From: a virus
Lineage: Duplodnaviria; Caudoviricetes
IMG/VR virus record: IMGVR_UViG_3300020042_005532
Location: 1 to 26,560 of that record
DNA length: 26,560 nucleotides
Reading direction: 5' to 3' (one strand)
Shown: piece by piece, positions 9,245 to 17,812 of the stretch
How the letters are laid out: each line of letters starts with the position of its first letter
How positions within the stretch are numbered: position 1 is the stretch's first letter
Position numbers and translations under genes: made by a program
The notes under the pieces: generated by a model
Seen by the model: only the letters and a program-made list of their open reading frames with translations
The model's database searches: none
What the model was told of the DNA's origin: nothing

Positions 9245-9592
9245 ATGGCAACAACAAACTTTGAGTGGGTAATCAGCCAATTGAATTGCGCTGTAGAATC
9301 AGAAGGACTCTCTGATGTAATCAATATGATTCATTGGAGGTATAACGCAACACAAGTAGACGGAGACAAGACTTGGTTTGCTGAGACGTATGGAGCGACA
9401 GGCGTAGCACAACCAAACCCACAAAACTTCATCCCTTACGCAGATGTAACTGAGGCTGAAGTGATTGGATGGTTGGAAGAAGTTCTTCCCGTAGAAGCTA
9501 TGCAAGCAAGCTTGGAGGCTAACATTAACCTGCAAATCAACCCTACGGAGGTTTCCCTCCCGCTCCCATGGGTAACATCATCTGTAGGCTAA
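9245..9592 (+). CDS. Conserved fibre-associated protein (DUF7936-like; possible fibre assembly factor)
   Basis: W.ISQL...IHWRY...FIPYADVTEAEVIGW...LPW pattern; lies directly after the fibre gene. Family name is from memory. Confidence 0.65.
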   Translation: MATTNFEWVISQLNCAVESEGLSDVINMIHWRYNATQVDGDKTWFAETYGATGVAQPNPQNFIPYADVTEAEVIGWLEEVLPVEAMQASLEANINLQINPTEVSLPLPWVTSSVG

Positions 9593-9612
9593 TAAGCCTC
9601 TAGTCTAATTAC

Positions 9613-9641
9613 GGCCCTGCCTAAAGGTGGGGCTATATTTG
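9613..9641 (+). terminator. Putative intrinsic terminator hairpin overlapping a promoter -7 box
   Basis: GCCCTGCC-TAAA-GGTGGGGC stem (8 bp including G-U pairs) followed by TATATTT; the U-tract is weak. Confidence 0.45.
9634..9641 (+). promoter_or_regulatory. Bacteroidota sigma-70 -7 element TATATTTG
   Basis: Exact TAnnTTTG match 6 nt upstream of the ATG at 9648; no clear -33 box. Confidence 0.55.
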
Positions 9642-9647
9642 TTGTGA

Positions 9648-9914
9648 ATGATTAAGGTAAAATATAAGAAGCTTGGTAAAGAAAAGGTATGGGGACTTGC
9701 TGATTCTCAAGGTATTATTTACCTAGACAGCAGGCTTAAAGGTAAGAAGCATCTTGAAATTCTCATACACGAAACCCTTCACTTGCTTTACCCAGAAGAT
9801 TCAGAGGATGAGATTGTAGAGAAGAGTATAGTCCTAACTAATATAGTATGGAATCAGCGGTATAGGAGGCTAGAGGAAGAGAAGAAAATGCGTTTACAAG
9901 ATGGAACTTTATGA
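9648..9914 (+). CDS. Small HExxH zincin-like protein
   Basis: VWGLAD..GIIYLDSRL....HLEILIHETLH, a minimal metallopeptidase-fold pattern. Confidence 0.65.
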   Translation: MIKVKYKKLGKEKVWGLADSQGIIYLDSRLKGKKHLEILIHETLHLLYPEDSEDEIVEKSIVLTNIVWNQRYRRLEEEKKMRLQDGTL

Positions 9915-10165
9915 AATCATACACAAAAACCTATTTAAAATACTTTGGTTACGCATTAGACGATTTTATGCCATGCGAAATTTGTGGTAATAGGGCTGTA
10001 GACATTCATCATATTGACTGCAAGGGGATGGGAGGAAGTAAACTGAAGGATGGTATTGAGAATATTATGGCTCTTTGCAGGGAACACCACATAGAGTACG
10101 GAGACAAGAAACAATACATAGATTTCCTAAAAGACATACACAATCAGCGGTTAAATAATAAATAG
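9911..10165 (+). CDS. HNH endonuclease
   Basis: CEICG...DIHHI...ENIMALCREHH; ATGA overlap with the upstream gene. Confidence 0.8.
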   Translation: MKSYTKTYLKYFGYALDDFMPCEICGNRAVDIHHIDCKGMGGSKLKDGIENIMALCREHHIEYGDKKQYIDFLKDIHNQRLNNK

Positions 10166-10193
10166 CAAAAACTGCATAAATAAATAAAATTCT

Positions 10194-10201
10194 TATATTT
10201 G
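10194..10201 (+). promoter_or_regulatory. Bacteroidota -7 element TATATTTG
   Basis: Exact TAnnTTTG in an AT-rich intergenic region, 18 nt before ATG 10220; ACTG lies 19 bp upstream. Confidence 0.6.
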
Positions 10202-10219
10202 TACATAAATATTTAAACC

Positions 10220-10654
10220 ATGGAAAAGAAAAATCTAAAATTAGTTCAGTTTTTTAATTTGGAAGCTGAATTGAATGGCGTAACGAACCCACAAACAGGA
10301 GAGAAACTTACTAAAGGTATTCTTTCTGAAAAGCTTCAACTCAAGACAAAGTATTGGTTGTCAGACCTTTCTAAAAAGGTTAAAGAACAAACAGATGCTT
10401 GTCAAGCACTTAGAGACGAGCTGATTAAGAAGTATGGCGAAGAGGCTGATGGAGGAATTTCCATTTCTCAAGTTGTAGAAGAAGACGGAAAAAAAGTTGT
10501 TAATCCAAAATTTGTTTCATTCCAGAATGAATTTAACGCATTACTGAATGAAGAAAGAGAGATTGAATACAAGGAAATCAGCATTGATGAACTTGGAGAG
10601 GTAGAGACTACAGAAGTTTACGACACCCTTTTCGGCTTATTAAAATTTGATTAA
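10220..10654 (+). CDS. Hypothetical protein, DUF1617-like
   Basis: KL.LKTKYWL..L.K......Q.LRDELIKKYGE...F..EF..LL.EE.EI pattern, common after phage fibre genes. Family name is from memory. Confidence 0.6.
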   Translation: MEKKNLKLVQFFNLEAELNGVTNPQTGEKLTKGILSEKLQLKTKYWLSDLSKKVKEQTDACQALRDELIKKYGEEADGGISISQVVEEDGKKVVNPKFVSFQNEFNALLNEEREIEYKEISIDELGEVETTEVYDTLFGLLKFD

Positions 10655-10935
10655 TGGACTTGCAACTAAAGTTAAGTAAGATGGAAGAAAGGCTAGATGA
10701 ATTAGAAGTCAAGATTGACTTAATAGATTCTAAACTTACTACAGTTATTGACGCTTTAGTTGGGAACAAAATCCTTAAGTCTGACGGCTTAGTCAACAGA
10801 TTGGAGAAGTTTGAAAAGGAATTGCAGGAATTAAAAGAGTTTAAAAACAAAATACTCTACGGGGTGGCAGCTATTGTTAGCCTTGGAATAGCCTTAGATT
10901 TTTTTTTAAAAGCTTACCTCAATCTGAAAAAGTGA
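10654..10935 (+). CDS. Coiled-coil protein with C-terminal transmembrane helix (XhlA/holin-accessory-like)
   Basis: Heptad-rich N-terminus; hydrophobic ILYGVAAIVSLGIALDFFL followed by a basic tail. Confidence 0.6.
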   Translation: MDLQLKLSKMEERLDELEVKIDLIDSKLTTVIDALVGNKILKSDGLVNRLEKFEKELQELKEFKNKILYGVAAIVSLGIALDFFLKAYLNLKK

Positions 10936-11534
10936 AATTAATCATACAAAACTCACGCAGCATTTTCGCCTTTCTATTAGGCGCACTTGCTGCGTTTTAT
11001 TTTAAAGGTTGTTTTCCGGAGCCAGCTATTCAGCCAAAAATAGTTAAAGTTGACGGAAAGAAATACGAAGTAATAGCATCTAAGTCCGACACAGAGTACA
11101 TTACAAAGACAGAAAAGAAGTACGTTAAAGGCGAAGACATTTACCACGACACTACCATATTTGTAGAAGTTCCTGCTGATGTAGACACAGCAGCTATTCT
11201 TTTGAACTTTTACACTAAGAACGTATTTACAGACACGTTTAACATTCAGTACGGAAAGTTTATTATTAGAGACACAGTTCAATTTAACAAAGTTTTAGGG
11301 CGTTCCTACTATGCTAATTTGTTAGTTCCGGTTATAACTAATACGCAAATAGTAAAAGAAAGGCCTAAAGTACAGGTGTTCACAGGACTTGGAGTAGGTG
11401 TTTACAATAAAAACATTAATGAAGTTAGTGCGCATTTATTCCTAAAGACAAAGAAAAATACTCTTTTTGGAGTAGGTGCTGGGGTTTTTGACAGCAAGAT
11501 TAATTATAAGTTTAACATATTATTGAAGTTATGA
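10932..11534 (+). CDS. Membrane-anchored lysis-module protein, candidate spanin equivalent
   Basis: GTG start; N-terminal hydrophobic helix followed by KGC; DT-rich linker; C-terminal amphipathic beta strands. Confidence 0.5.
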   Translation: MKLIIQNSRSIFAFLLGALAAFYFKGCFPEPAIQPKIVKVDGKKYEVIASKSDTEYITKTEKKYVKGEDIYHDTTIFVEVPADVDTAAILLNFYTKNVFTDTFNIQYGKFIIRDTVQFNKVLGRSYYANLLVPVITNTQIVKERPKVQVFTGLGVGVYNKNINEVSAHLFLKTKKNTLFGVGAGVFDSKINYKFNILLKL

Positions 11535-11776
11535 GTAAGGCAATACTTGAATATAACCTCTCAAATTCAGAGGATTTGGCATCTTATACCAGAGCTGTCA
11601 ATGCCGACAAGATGGCTGCTGCACTATTTGAGATTCAGTATAACATGCTTAAGAAGATTAGGTATATTATTGAGTCTAAGGAGATTGACTCTCATGATGC
11701 GCTAGATTTAGTTGCTGATGAGATGGAAAATATATTGAATGAATGCTATTTAAACGTAGAGGAGATTACGCAATGA
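11531..11776 (+). CDS. Hypothetical protein
   Basis: 81-aa acidic ORF with ATGA overlaps on both sides. Confidence 0.65.
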   Translation: MSKAILEYNLSNSEDLASYTRAVNADKMAAALFEIQYNMLKKIRYIIESKEIDSHDALDLVADEMENILNECYLNVEEITQ

Positions 11777-12042
11777 GAAAAGAGCATAAAAATCCAGAAG
11801 GAGGACTAACCGCAGCAGGAAGGGCATATTTTAAGAGGACTGAAGGCTCTAACCTAAAAGCTCCTGTAAAAGAAGGCACTAATCCACGAAGGGTTTCTTT
11901 CGCAGCAAGGTTTGCTGGAATGAAAGGCCCTATGAAAAAACCTAACGGGGAACCTACCAGAAAAGCACTGGCGTTGAAAGTGTGGGGGTTTGGGAGTGTA
12001 GACGCAGCCAGAAATTTTGCAAACAAAAACAAAAATAAATGA
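11773..12042 (+). CDS. Basic phage protein, DUF6321-like
   Basis: KNPEGGLTAAGRAYF...NLKAPV...RRVSFAARF...ALKVWG. Start moved to the ATG at 11773, which overlaps the upstream stop (ATGA). Confidence 0.7.
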   Translation: MRKEHKNPEGGLTAAGRAYFKRTEGSNLKAPVKEGTNPRRVSFAARFAGMKGPMKKPNGEPTRKALALKVWGFGSVDAARNFANKNKNK

Positions 12043-12269
12043 TAAAGAACTTTTTATGGAGTTTATTTACAGAAGATGGTAAGATTAGTAGTAAGAGATT
12101 TTTTGGAGGAATGGCAGCCACTTCTCTTTGTGTTACATTAATAGCTAATAGTTTTTCTAATGGTAAAATTAACCCTTCTGATGTATTGGTTGAGGCAACG
12201 GCTGCATTTGCTGCGTTGTCTCTTGGTATTTCGGCTTGGCAAACCATTAAAAAGGGAAAAGATGATTAG
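12039..12269 (+). CDS. Putative holin (two transmembrane segments)
   Basis: DGKISSKRF followed by two hydrophobic segments and a charged C-terminus; immediately upstream of the endolysin. Confidence 0.6.
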   Translation: MIKNFLWSLFTEDGKISSKRFFGGMAATSLCVTLIANSFSNGKINPSDVLVEATAAFAALSLGISAWQTIKKGKDD

Positions 12270-12864
12270 TGCGTCAAATCTTTCTACTAAAGTACCTGTT
12301 GCTGTAATGGCAGAGATTACATCCATTATAGAAAGATTTAATATGACAAGTCCGTTAAGGCTTGCTCACTTTCTTGCACAAGCTGCGCATGAATCTGGAA
12401 ACTTTAAGTTCTTAAAAGAGAACCTTAACTATTCAGCTGATAGCTTATTAAAGGTGTTCCCTAAGTATTTTAAAGACAAGGCTACTGCTGACAAGTATGC
12501 AAGAAAGCCTCAAATGATTGCAAACAAGGTATATGCGTCAAGGATGGGTAATGGAGACGAAGCGTCTGGAGATGGATTTAGGTTTAGGGGAAGAGGTTAT
12601 ATTCAGCTGACTGGAAAGGATAATTATAAGGCTTTCTCTAATTTTATTGGAGAGGATTGTATAGCTAATCCAGACTTAGTTTCAGACAAATACCCACTCG
12701 TGAGTGCTTCTTGGTTTTTTGACAAAAACAATCTTTGGACAATTTGTGACAAGGGGGCAAGCGATGAAGTTGTTACGGCTGTAACCAAGCGAGTAAATGG
12801 CGGCACAAATGGGATTACTGATAGACTGTCCAAGTTCAAGTTATTTAACGAATCTCTTACTTGA
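12262..12864 (+). CDS. Endolysin, glycoside hydrolase family 19 (chitinase-like lysozyme)
   Basis: AHFLAQAAHESG.F..LKENLNYS, GDGFRFRGRGYIQLTGKDNY and VTKRVNGG.NG..DR motifs. Likely start is ATG 12262, not 12160. Confidence 0.92.
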   Translation: MISASNLSTKVPVAVMAEITSIIERFNMTSPLRLAHFLAQAAHESGNFKFLKENLNYSADSLLKVFPKYFKDKATADKYARKPQMIANKVYASRMGNGDEASGDGFRFRGRGYIQLTGKDNYKAFSNFIGEDCIANPDLVSDKYPLVSASWFFDKNNLWTICDKGASDEVVTAVTKRVNGGTNGITDRLSKFKLFNESLT

Positions 12865-13193
12865 CAATAGAAGAAACCATACACGATTGCCTGTATAGCG
12901 ACTGCGTAAAACGCAGCATATATACTATACTCAATACTAACTACTACAAAAGCAGCAAAAATATTGACATGGTTGCTGAAATTGAGGACTATGTAATAGA
13001 GCATGGAATATTTATTGGAGGAATGTCTAAAGAGGGCTTTTTTATATGCGAAGATTTAGATGATGTGGTTTTAGCTTTTTGGTTGTCAATGATTGATGAC
13101 TGGGACTTAGACGTTTCAAAACCTAGTAAGGTATTTAAGAAAAAAGTAACTGACCTATATATTTTAGCATCTTTAATCTATTGTAATGATTAA
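12861..13193 (+). CDS. Hypothetical protein
   Basis: 110-aa ORF with a TTG start overlapping the endolysin stop; fills the gap to the next gene. Confidence 0.55.
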   Translation: MTIEETIHDCLYSDCVKRSIYTILNTNYYKSSKNIDMVAEIEDYVIEHGIFIGGMSKEGFFICEDLDDVVLAFWLSMIDDWDLDVSKPSKVFKKKVTDLYILASLIYCND

Positions 13194-14220
13194 TAAATTT
13201 AGGCCAAGACTTAGCAGCGACGAAGCTACCATTATTAGTGAATACAGGCAAAAGAAAAGAGAGCATGAGGCGTTACTGGAAGAGTGTAGGGATAAAGGAA
13301 TACCTGTTGACAGTGTAAATTATTATTGGTATAAGAGTGAAAAATTCTCTTTAAACGTTAAAAATAACGTAAATCTGGATGATGTACTAGCAGGTATACT
13401 AAGAGAAATGCTTGAGCATGCTCCTAAATACCCAAAAATAGACTATAAATCTGACAGCGACTACCACCTTCTTGTAATAGACCCTGCTGACATACACATA
13501 AATAAGCTTGCGAAGGCAATAGAGACAGGAGAAGAGTATAACCATGACATAGCATTCTCCAGAGTAAAAGAGGCTGTAATGGGGCTTATTTCGCGTTCTA
13601 GTGGGTACTCCATAAACAAGGTGCTGATTGTAATAGGTAACGACATATTACATGTAGACAATCCGCGAAATACTACAACCTCGGGAATACAACAGGATGT
13701 TTCAATGATGTGGCACGAAGCTTTTAAGATGGCTCAAAAGCTTCTTGTTGAGTGCATAGAGCTACTAGTTCAAGTAGCTCCAACCCATGTAATATACAAC
13801 CCGTCAAATCATGACATGACTTCTGGATTCTATTTGGCGCAGGTTATTGAGGCTTGGTTTACAAATAATAAAGACGTTACATTTGACATAAGTCCAGCAC
13901 ACAGAAAGTACTTCAAGTATTATAATAACTTAATAGGCACTACTCATGGCGATGGGGCAAAGGAATCAGACTTGGCATTGCTGATGGCACATGAAAGCAA
14001 GGATTGGACAGAATCAAAGCATCGCTACTTCTACACCCATCACATCCACCACAAGAAATCTAAGGATTATATGTCTGTAAACGTGGAATCTATGCGCAGC
14101 CCTTCTGGCGCTGACAGCTGGCATCATCGTTCTGGCTACCAGCATACACCAAAAGGAGTAGATGCTTTTATTCATCACCCTATTCATGGGAGAGTTTCTA
14201 CCCTGTCTTATATTTTTTAG
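13186..14220 (+). CDS. Calcineurin-like metallophosphoesterase
   Basis: Motifs ADIH, GNDILH, SNHD, THGD and HHIHH in canonical order. Confidence 0.85.
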   Translation: MINKFRPRLSSDEATIISEYRQKKREHEALLEECRDKGIPVDSVNYYWYKSEKFSLNVKNNVNLDDVLAGILREMLEHAPKYPKIDYKSDSDYHLLVIDPADIHINKLAKAIETGEEYNHDIAFSRVKEAVMGLISRSSGYSINKVLIVIGNDILHVDNPRNTTTSGIQQDVSMMWHEAFKMAQKLLVECIELLVQVAPTHVIYNPSNHDMTSGFYLAQVIEAWFTNNKDVTFDISPAHRKYFKYYNNLIGTTHGDGAKESDLALLMAHESKDWTESKHRYFYTHHIHHKKSKDYMSVNVESMRSPSGADSWHHRSGYQHTPKGVDAFIHHPIHGRVSTLSYIF

Positions 14221-14228
14221 TAAGTTTG
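14221..14228 (+). promoter_or_regulatory. Possible -7 element TAAGTTTG
   Basis: TAnnTTTG right after the stop at 14220 and 20 nt before ATG 14249. Confidence 0.45.
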
Positions 14229-14248
14229 CTGTTCCCAAACAAAGAACT

Positions 14249-14413
14249 ATGAATCTTCCGGAGAAATTCTACGAACTGACTAAAGATAGGCAAGAGGAAG
14301 AAGCTAATAAGATGACTGAAAAGTACTACAAGCTTGTTGAAAAATGGAGAAAGGTTGCAATACTTGTAAGGGCTGGTAAAATACCATCAAACCCACTTAA
14401 AGATGTCAGCTGA
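14249..14413 (+). CDS. Small hypothetical protein (54 aa)
   Basis: MNLPEKFYEL...; start re-assigned to ATG 14249 after an A-rich leader. The 3' end overlaps the terminase 3' end convergently. Confidence 0.55.
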   Translation: MNLPEKFYELTKDRQEEEANKMTEKYYKLVEKWRKVAILVRAGKIPSNPLKDVS

Positions 14414-16348
14414 ATAGGATTCAATCATTGGTTGCTTCTTTTTTACCACAGCATTAGCTTTATTCTGCCCAGTCATAGTAAGCAGCATAATCATAAAGCT
14501 TACTACGGTGTCAAACTTAGTCCTATTGTCATGCCTATACCTCTTTAATTCCTCCAGAAGTTCTGGGTAGTATACTTTATGGCAATGGTGCTCAATGTAA
14601 TTTATACAATACTCAAGCTGACGACTTAACGCAAAAGCATCAGCTGATGCTACGCCCCTATCCAAGAAGTTAGTCTTTGCTTTTCTGTCTGGGTTAATTA
14701 CTGCATCCGGTTTCTTTCCGAGCATGGGAAGGCAATTAATCTCCATTACGTTTGATTTCTGGAAGTATGGGTAGTAGTCATCTCCTGCGTCCTTCTCAAT
14801 AGTTACCGGACAACCAAAGTACATTGCCCCCATCAGCATCTCTTTCCAGAGTAAGTCTTTCATCTTAGGCCTACCATAATACCATGCAACAGGAAGTCCT
14901 GTGTCATCCTCATTAGTGATGTCAAGCTTCTCTCCCCACCATGCTGATGCCATTGAGCCATCCCCAGAAACTATGTTATGCCTAAATGGGTCGCATCCTG
15001 CTCCGTAAGTAGAAGAAGCTCCGGGGTACATTACGCCATTCTTTATGATAAAGTTGTTAGGATTCTTGGGTAACTTGTACATAACCCAGTTACCAGCTGA
15101 ATCATCTGAGAATTGTACTTTACCCTCTCCGTCAATATATAACCTACCTTTTCTTAGTGGTATTGAGTTCTCTTTTATGTAATGCTCTTGTTTTTCTATG
15201 TTGTCAAGATTAAAATGACAATCAACATCATTAAACTTAAAAGCCTCCATTTCACTTAATGGGTAGTCTCTGATGTCTTGGTCTTGTTTTGAACGTTTTC
15301 TTTCTTGAAGTATATGCTCCTTAGCTTCTTCAGCTTTAGAGAATCCCCAGTCATCTATAAATCCTGCGTAACCTTCGTTTGCTGGTAGAAAATACCTAAC
15401 AAGTCTGCTTGGTGTGTTTCTTCCGTACCTAAACTGGTCTGAATCATCCCATAGTTTTTTAAACTCTTGCCCTCCAGAGTTAGGTGGATTAACTGTTGAA
15501 ATCATCAGCGAGAATCCTACCTTCCTAGCACCTTCCGTCAGCGTTTTCTTTGCAATGTTCCAATAGTCTTGTATGGGAATTTCTGTTGGCCATTTTGAAC
15601 TTTCATCGATGACAAGCCTACTCCATCTTCCAGAGTCAAAAGAGTTCAGCGCTGTGTTTCTCCACTCAATAAACGAATTAAGCCCTTCTCTTCGGTTAAA
15701 CAATCCCTTCTTTACAGACTTCTTCTTGGTTGGTTTAACAAAGGTTAGTTTCTTTTTCGGGTCTTCAGAACCATCTGTTCTTGGCTGAAGGAATGACGGC
15801 ATTGCTCTAAATCCATACACTACCATGTTCTGAAACAAATCTTCAGAGTCTTTACCCGTCTTGCTGATGATGCCACACCTTACATTTTCCGCAGCAGTTG
15901 CAGCCTTTGTAATAATGCATGAAGCTTGCGAGGTAGCGCCTTCCCTTCTTTTTTTAACCCGTATTATACCTAATATGTTTGTGTCAAGAAGGCATTCATT
16001 GTAGAATAAAAAGAACTTTCTGTCAGCCTCCCTATATTCTGGGTTATTTCCGCTTTCTAACGCCCAGAAGTTAAGGTAGAAGTAGTAGTCTCCGGTTACG
16101 TAAGTAGGAGTTCCTTTATTAAAGAACCAATACCCGTTAGTAACTCTGTCCCATTCTCTTTTAATGAACTCTATATGGCTCTCTTCGTATATAGGATTTC
16201 CGTCTTCGTCATACTCTAAGTCTTCAAAAGACTCTGGTATGTCAACACGTTCAAAGCGCTGCTTCTTCTTGCCATACCCATCTATTGTTGATGCAGGAGG
16301 GCATTGTGGAAATGTTGCTTCAATTCCGTAAATTAATTCAATCGCCAT
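14387..16348 (-). CDS. terL: Terminase large subunit
   Basis: Walker A-like KKRREGAT, Walker B LVIDES, coupling motif ISTVN, and RNase H-like nuclease motifs GAGCDPF, VTIEKD and TKFDTVVS. Confidence 0.85.
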   Translation of the reverse strand: MAIELIYGIEATFPQCPPASTIDGYGKKKQRFERVDIPESFEDLEYDEDGNPIYEESHIEFIKREWDRVTNGYWFFNKGTPTYVTGDYYFYLNFWALESGNNPEYREADRKFFLFYNECLLDTNILGIIRVKKRREGATSQASCIITKAATAAENVRCGIISKTGKDSEDLFQNMVVYGFRAMPSFLQPRTDGSEDPKKKLTFVKPTKKKSVKKGLFNRREGLNSFIEWRNTALNSFDSGRWSRLVIDESSKWPTEIPIQDYWNIAKKTLTEGARKVGFSLMISTVNPPNSGGQEFKKLWDDSDQFRYGRNTPSRLVRYFLPANEGYAGFIDDWGFSKAEEAKEHILQERKRSKQDQDIRDYPLSEMEAFKFNDVDCHFNLDNIEKQEHYIKENSIPLRKGRLYIDGEGKVQFSDDSAGNWVMYKLPKNPNNFIIKNGVMYPGASSTYGAGCDPFRHNIVSGDGSMASAWWGEKLDITNEDDTGLPVAWYYGRPKMKDLLWKEMLMGAMYFGCPVTIEKDAGDDYYPYFQKSNVMEINCLPMLGKKPDAVINPDRKAKTNFLDRGVASADAFALSRQLEYCINYIEHHCHKVYYPELLEELKRYRHDNRTKFDTVVSFMIMLLTMTGQNKANAVVKKKQPMIESYSADIFKWV

Positions 16349-16700
16349 ATATAAACTCTATTATAGGAACCAAAACTCCTTTTGATGTATTCTCATCTCC
16401 TCCTTCCTTAAATCCATTAATAGCATGGTATTTCTTTGCAAGAGCCTTCAGCTTCTCTACCGGAACTATAATAGCTGAACCAGAAGCCTCAATCTTATAC
16501 ACCCAGAACTCTGCCGTTGTAGTGCTGATTCCAGATGCTTTCCCTCTTGAAAAGACTTCTATAAACACATTGCCAGTCCTATGCGCCATGGAATCTACTT
16601 TAACTTCAGCTTTAATCTTTCCGTTAAATAAATCATTGGCCCAGTCTTCTGTCAATGTGCCTATATGTAAGTCGTATGTAAAGCTGCTAGAGTATTTCAT
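16338..16700 (-). CDS. PD-(D/E)xK nuclease-fold protein
   Basis: AEVKVD...TGNVFIE....SGI.TT.AEFWVY pattern of small phage restriction-endonuclease-like proteins. Confidence 0.6.
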   Translation of the reverse strand: MKYSSSFTYDLHIGTLTEDWANDLFNGKIKAEVKVDSMAHRTGNVFIEVFSRGKASGISTTTAEFWVYKIEASGSAIIVPVEKLKALAKKYHAINGFKEGGDENTSKGVLVPIIEFIYGD

Positions 16701-16981
16701 CAGAAGGGTAAATCGTCAAATGAATCAGAAGGTGCTGGTGTATATGATTTAGGAGCTGCCTGTGGGGCAGCCTTTGCTCCATCTGGTTTCCATGTGTCAA
16801 CGCTGACTTCAACATCCTTGCCATACTTATCCGGCTCAGACTTTAAGTTAATGTTTAATTTAATAAACTCATTACCATTGTACTCTTGTACATGCTCCAT
16901 AAACTTCTTTGGGTTAATTGTTACTTGAAGCCATGTGTCTGATTTCTTTTTACCACTTCCGCAGTAGATTTTCTTTTCCAT
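16700..16981 (-). CDS. Putative single-stranded DNA-binding protein
   Basis: Small beta-rich domain, Ala/Pro linker and acidic C-terminal tip DDLPF. Confidence 0.6.
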   Translation of the reverse strand: MEKKIYCGSGKKKSDTWLQVTINPKKFMEHVQEYNGNEFIKLNINLKSEPDKYGKDVEVSVDTWKPDGAKAAPQAAPKSYTPAPSDSFDDLPF

Positions 16982-16997
16982 TGTTTTTGTTTTTAAT

Positions 16998-17159
16998 TTA
17001 AAATCCGTATAACTCTTTGTCTTTTTTCTTTTCTATTGCTCTTACTTTTTTGTAATCATTTATACACTCTTTGCAGTATGAATTAAGTCCATTAACTTTC
17101 TTCCTGCATCTTGTAAAAGACTTTTCTTCCTTGTCTACTTTACACTTTACGCAAATCAT
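16998..17159 (-). CDS. 53-aa CxxC/CxxC zinc-finger micro-protein (not in ORF track)
   Basis: MICVKCKVDKEEKSFTRCRKKVNGLNSYCKECINDYKKVRAIEKKKDKELYGF*; ATGA-coupled to the upstream gene. Confidence 0.7.
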   Translation of the reverse strand: MICVKCKVDKEEKSFTRCRKKVNGLNSYCKECINDYKKVRAIEKKKDKELYGF

Positions 17160-17551
17160 AAATGAGTCATTTCTGTTTTAAGGTAGCTTAATGCAGTTCT
17201 TAGTCTGTCGCTGCTATAGTGCGCCTCCTTTGTAAGTAATCTAATCATCGTTAAATAGAAGTTTGTACTACCTATTTCATTGTTAAGGATTATTCTTTTC
17301 TCCGCTGCACCTCTTGTTTCCATGTCAAGTACTGCTAACTTCTTCATAGCAAGCTTGTCATTAAGAAACTCAAGCATTGCTTCACATTCAGCAGCAGTAG
17401 CTGCTATGTTGTTGATTGCACCTAATTGCTGAAGTACTGACATTGGATTGGTAAAGTCTACCTTGTTTGCAATTACCTTCTGTACAGCTCCGTGCATTTC
17501 TTTAGCAGCGCTGAATCTTTTCTCTAATAAATCATCATCAAATGTTCTCAT
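17156..17551 (-). CDS. Hypothetical alpha-helical protein
   Basis: 131-aa ORF with an A-rich leader, preceded by a TAACTTGC promoter-like box at 17569-17576. Confidence 0.7.
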   Translation of the reverse strand: MRTFDDDLLEKRFSAAKEMHGAVQKVIANKVDFTNPMSVLQQLGAINNIAATAAECEAMLEFLNDKLAMKKLAVLDMETRGAAEKRIILNNEIGSTNFYLTMIRLLTKEAHYSSDRLRTALSYLKTEMTHL

Positions 17552-17594
17552 GTCTTTTGTGTGTTAGTGCAAGTTACAAATAATATGTTACGAG

Positions 17595-17812
17595 TAATCT
17601 ATTCCCGAACAAGGTTTTGAGGGTAGTTGGTCAGGACAGAAGTTGCCCCCTACCCCCAGCAGGAAACAACTTACTGGCCATCTATTCCGTCACATAGGTA
17701 ATCGGGCAAGTTGGCTGTAAAGGGAAAAAGTTACATCCTTCTTTACATTTAACAGATTCAAATTCCTTGTATTCAGAACTTTGAGAGGTAGACGGCTACT
17801 TACAAGCCAATC
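17595..17812 (-). ncRNA. Candidate structured RNA or ssDNA element
   Basis: Several stems whose G-U pairs work on the - strand, including an 11-bp hairpin at 17641-17671 and stems at 17716-17747 and 17759-17781, plus long-range TTGGCT/AGCCAA and CCCGA/TCGGG pairings. Confidence 0.4.

Noticed and set aside
12160-12261. N-terminal extension (signal/SAR) of the endolysin
   Set aside because: It overlaps the holin-like gene out of frame; ATG 12262 next to the holin stop is the more plausible start.
17745-17775. tRNA-like T-loop GATTCAAATTCC
   Set aside because: No cloverleaf, acceptor stem or anticodon arm can be built around it.
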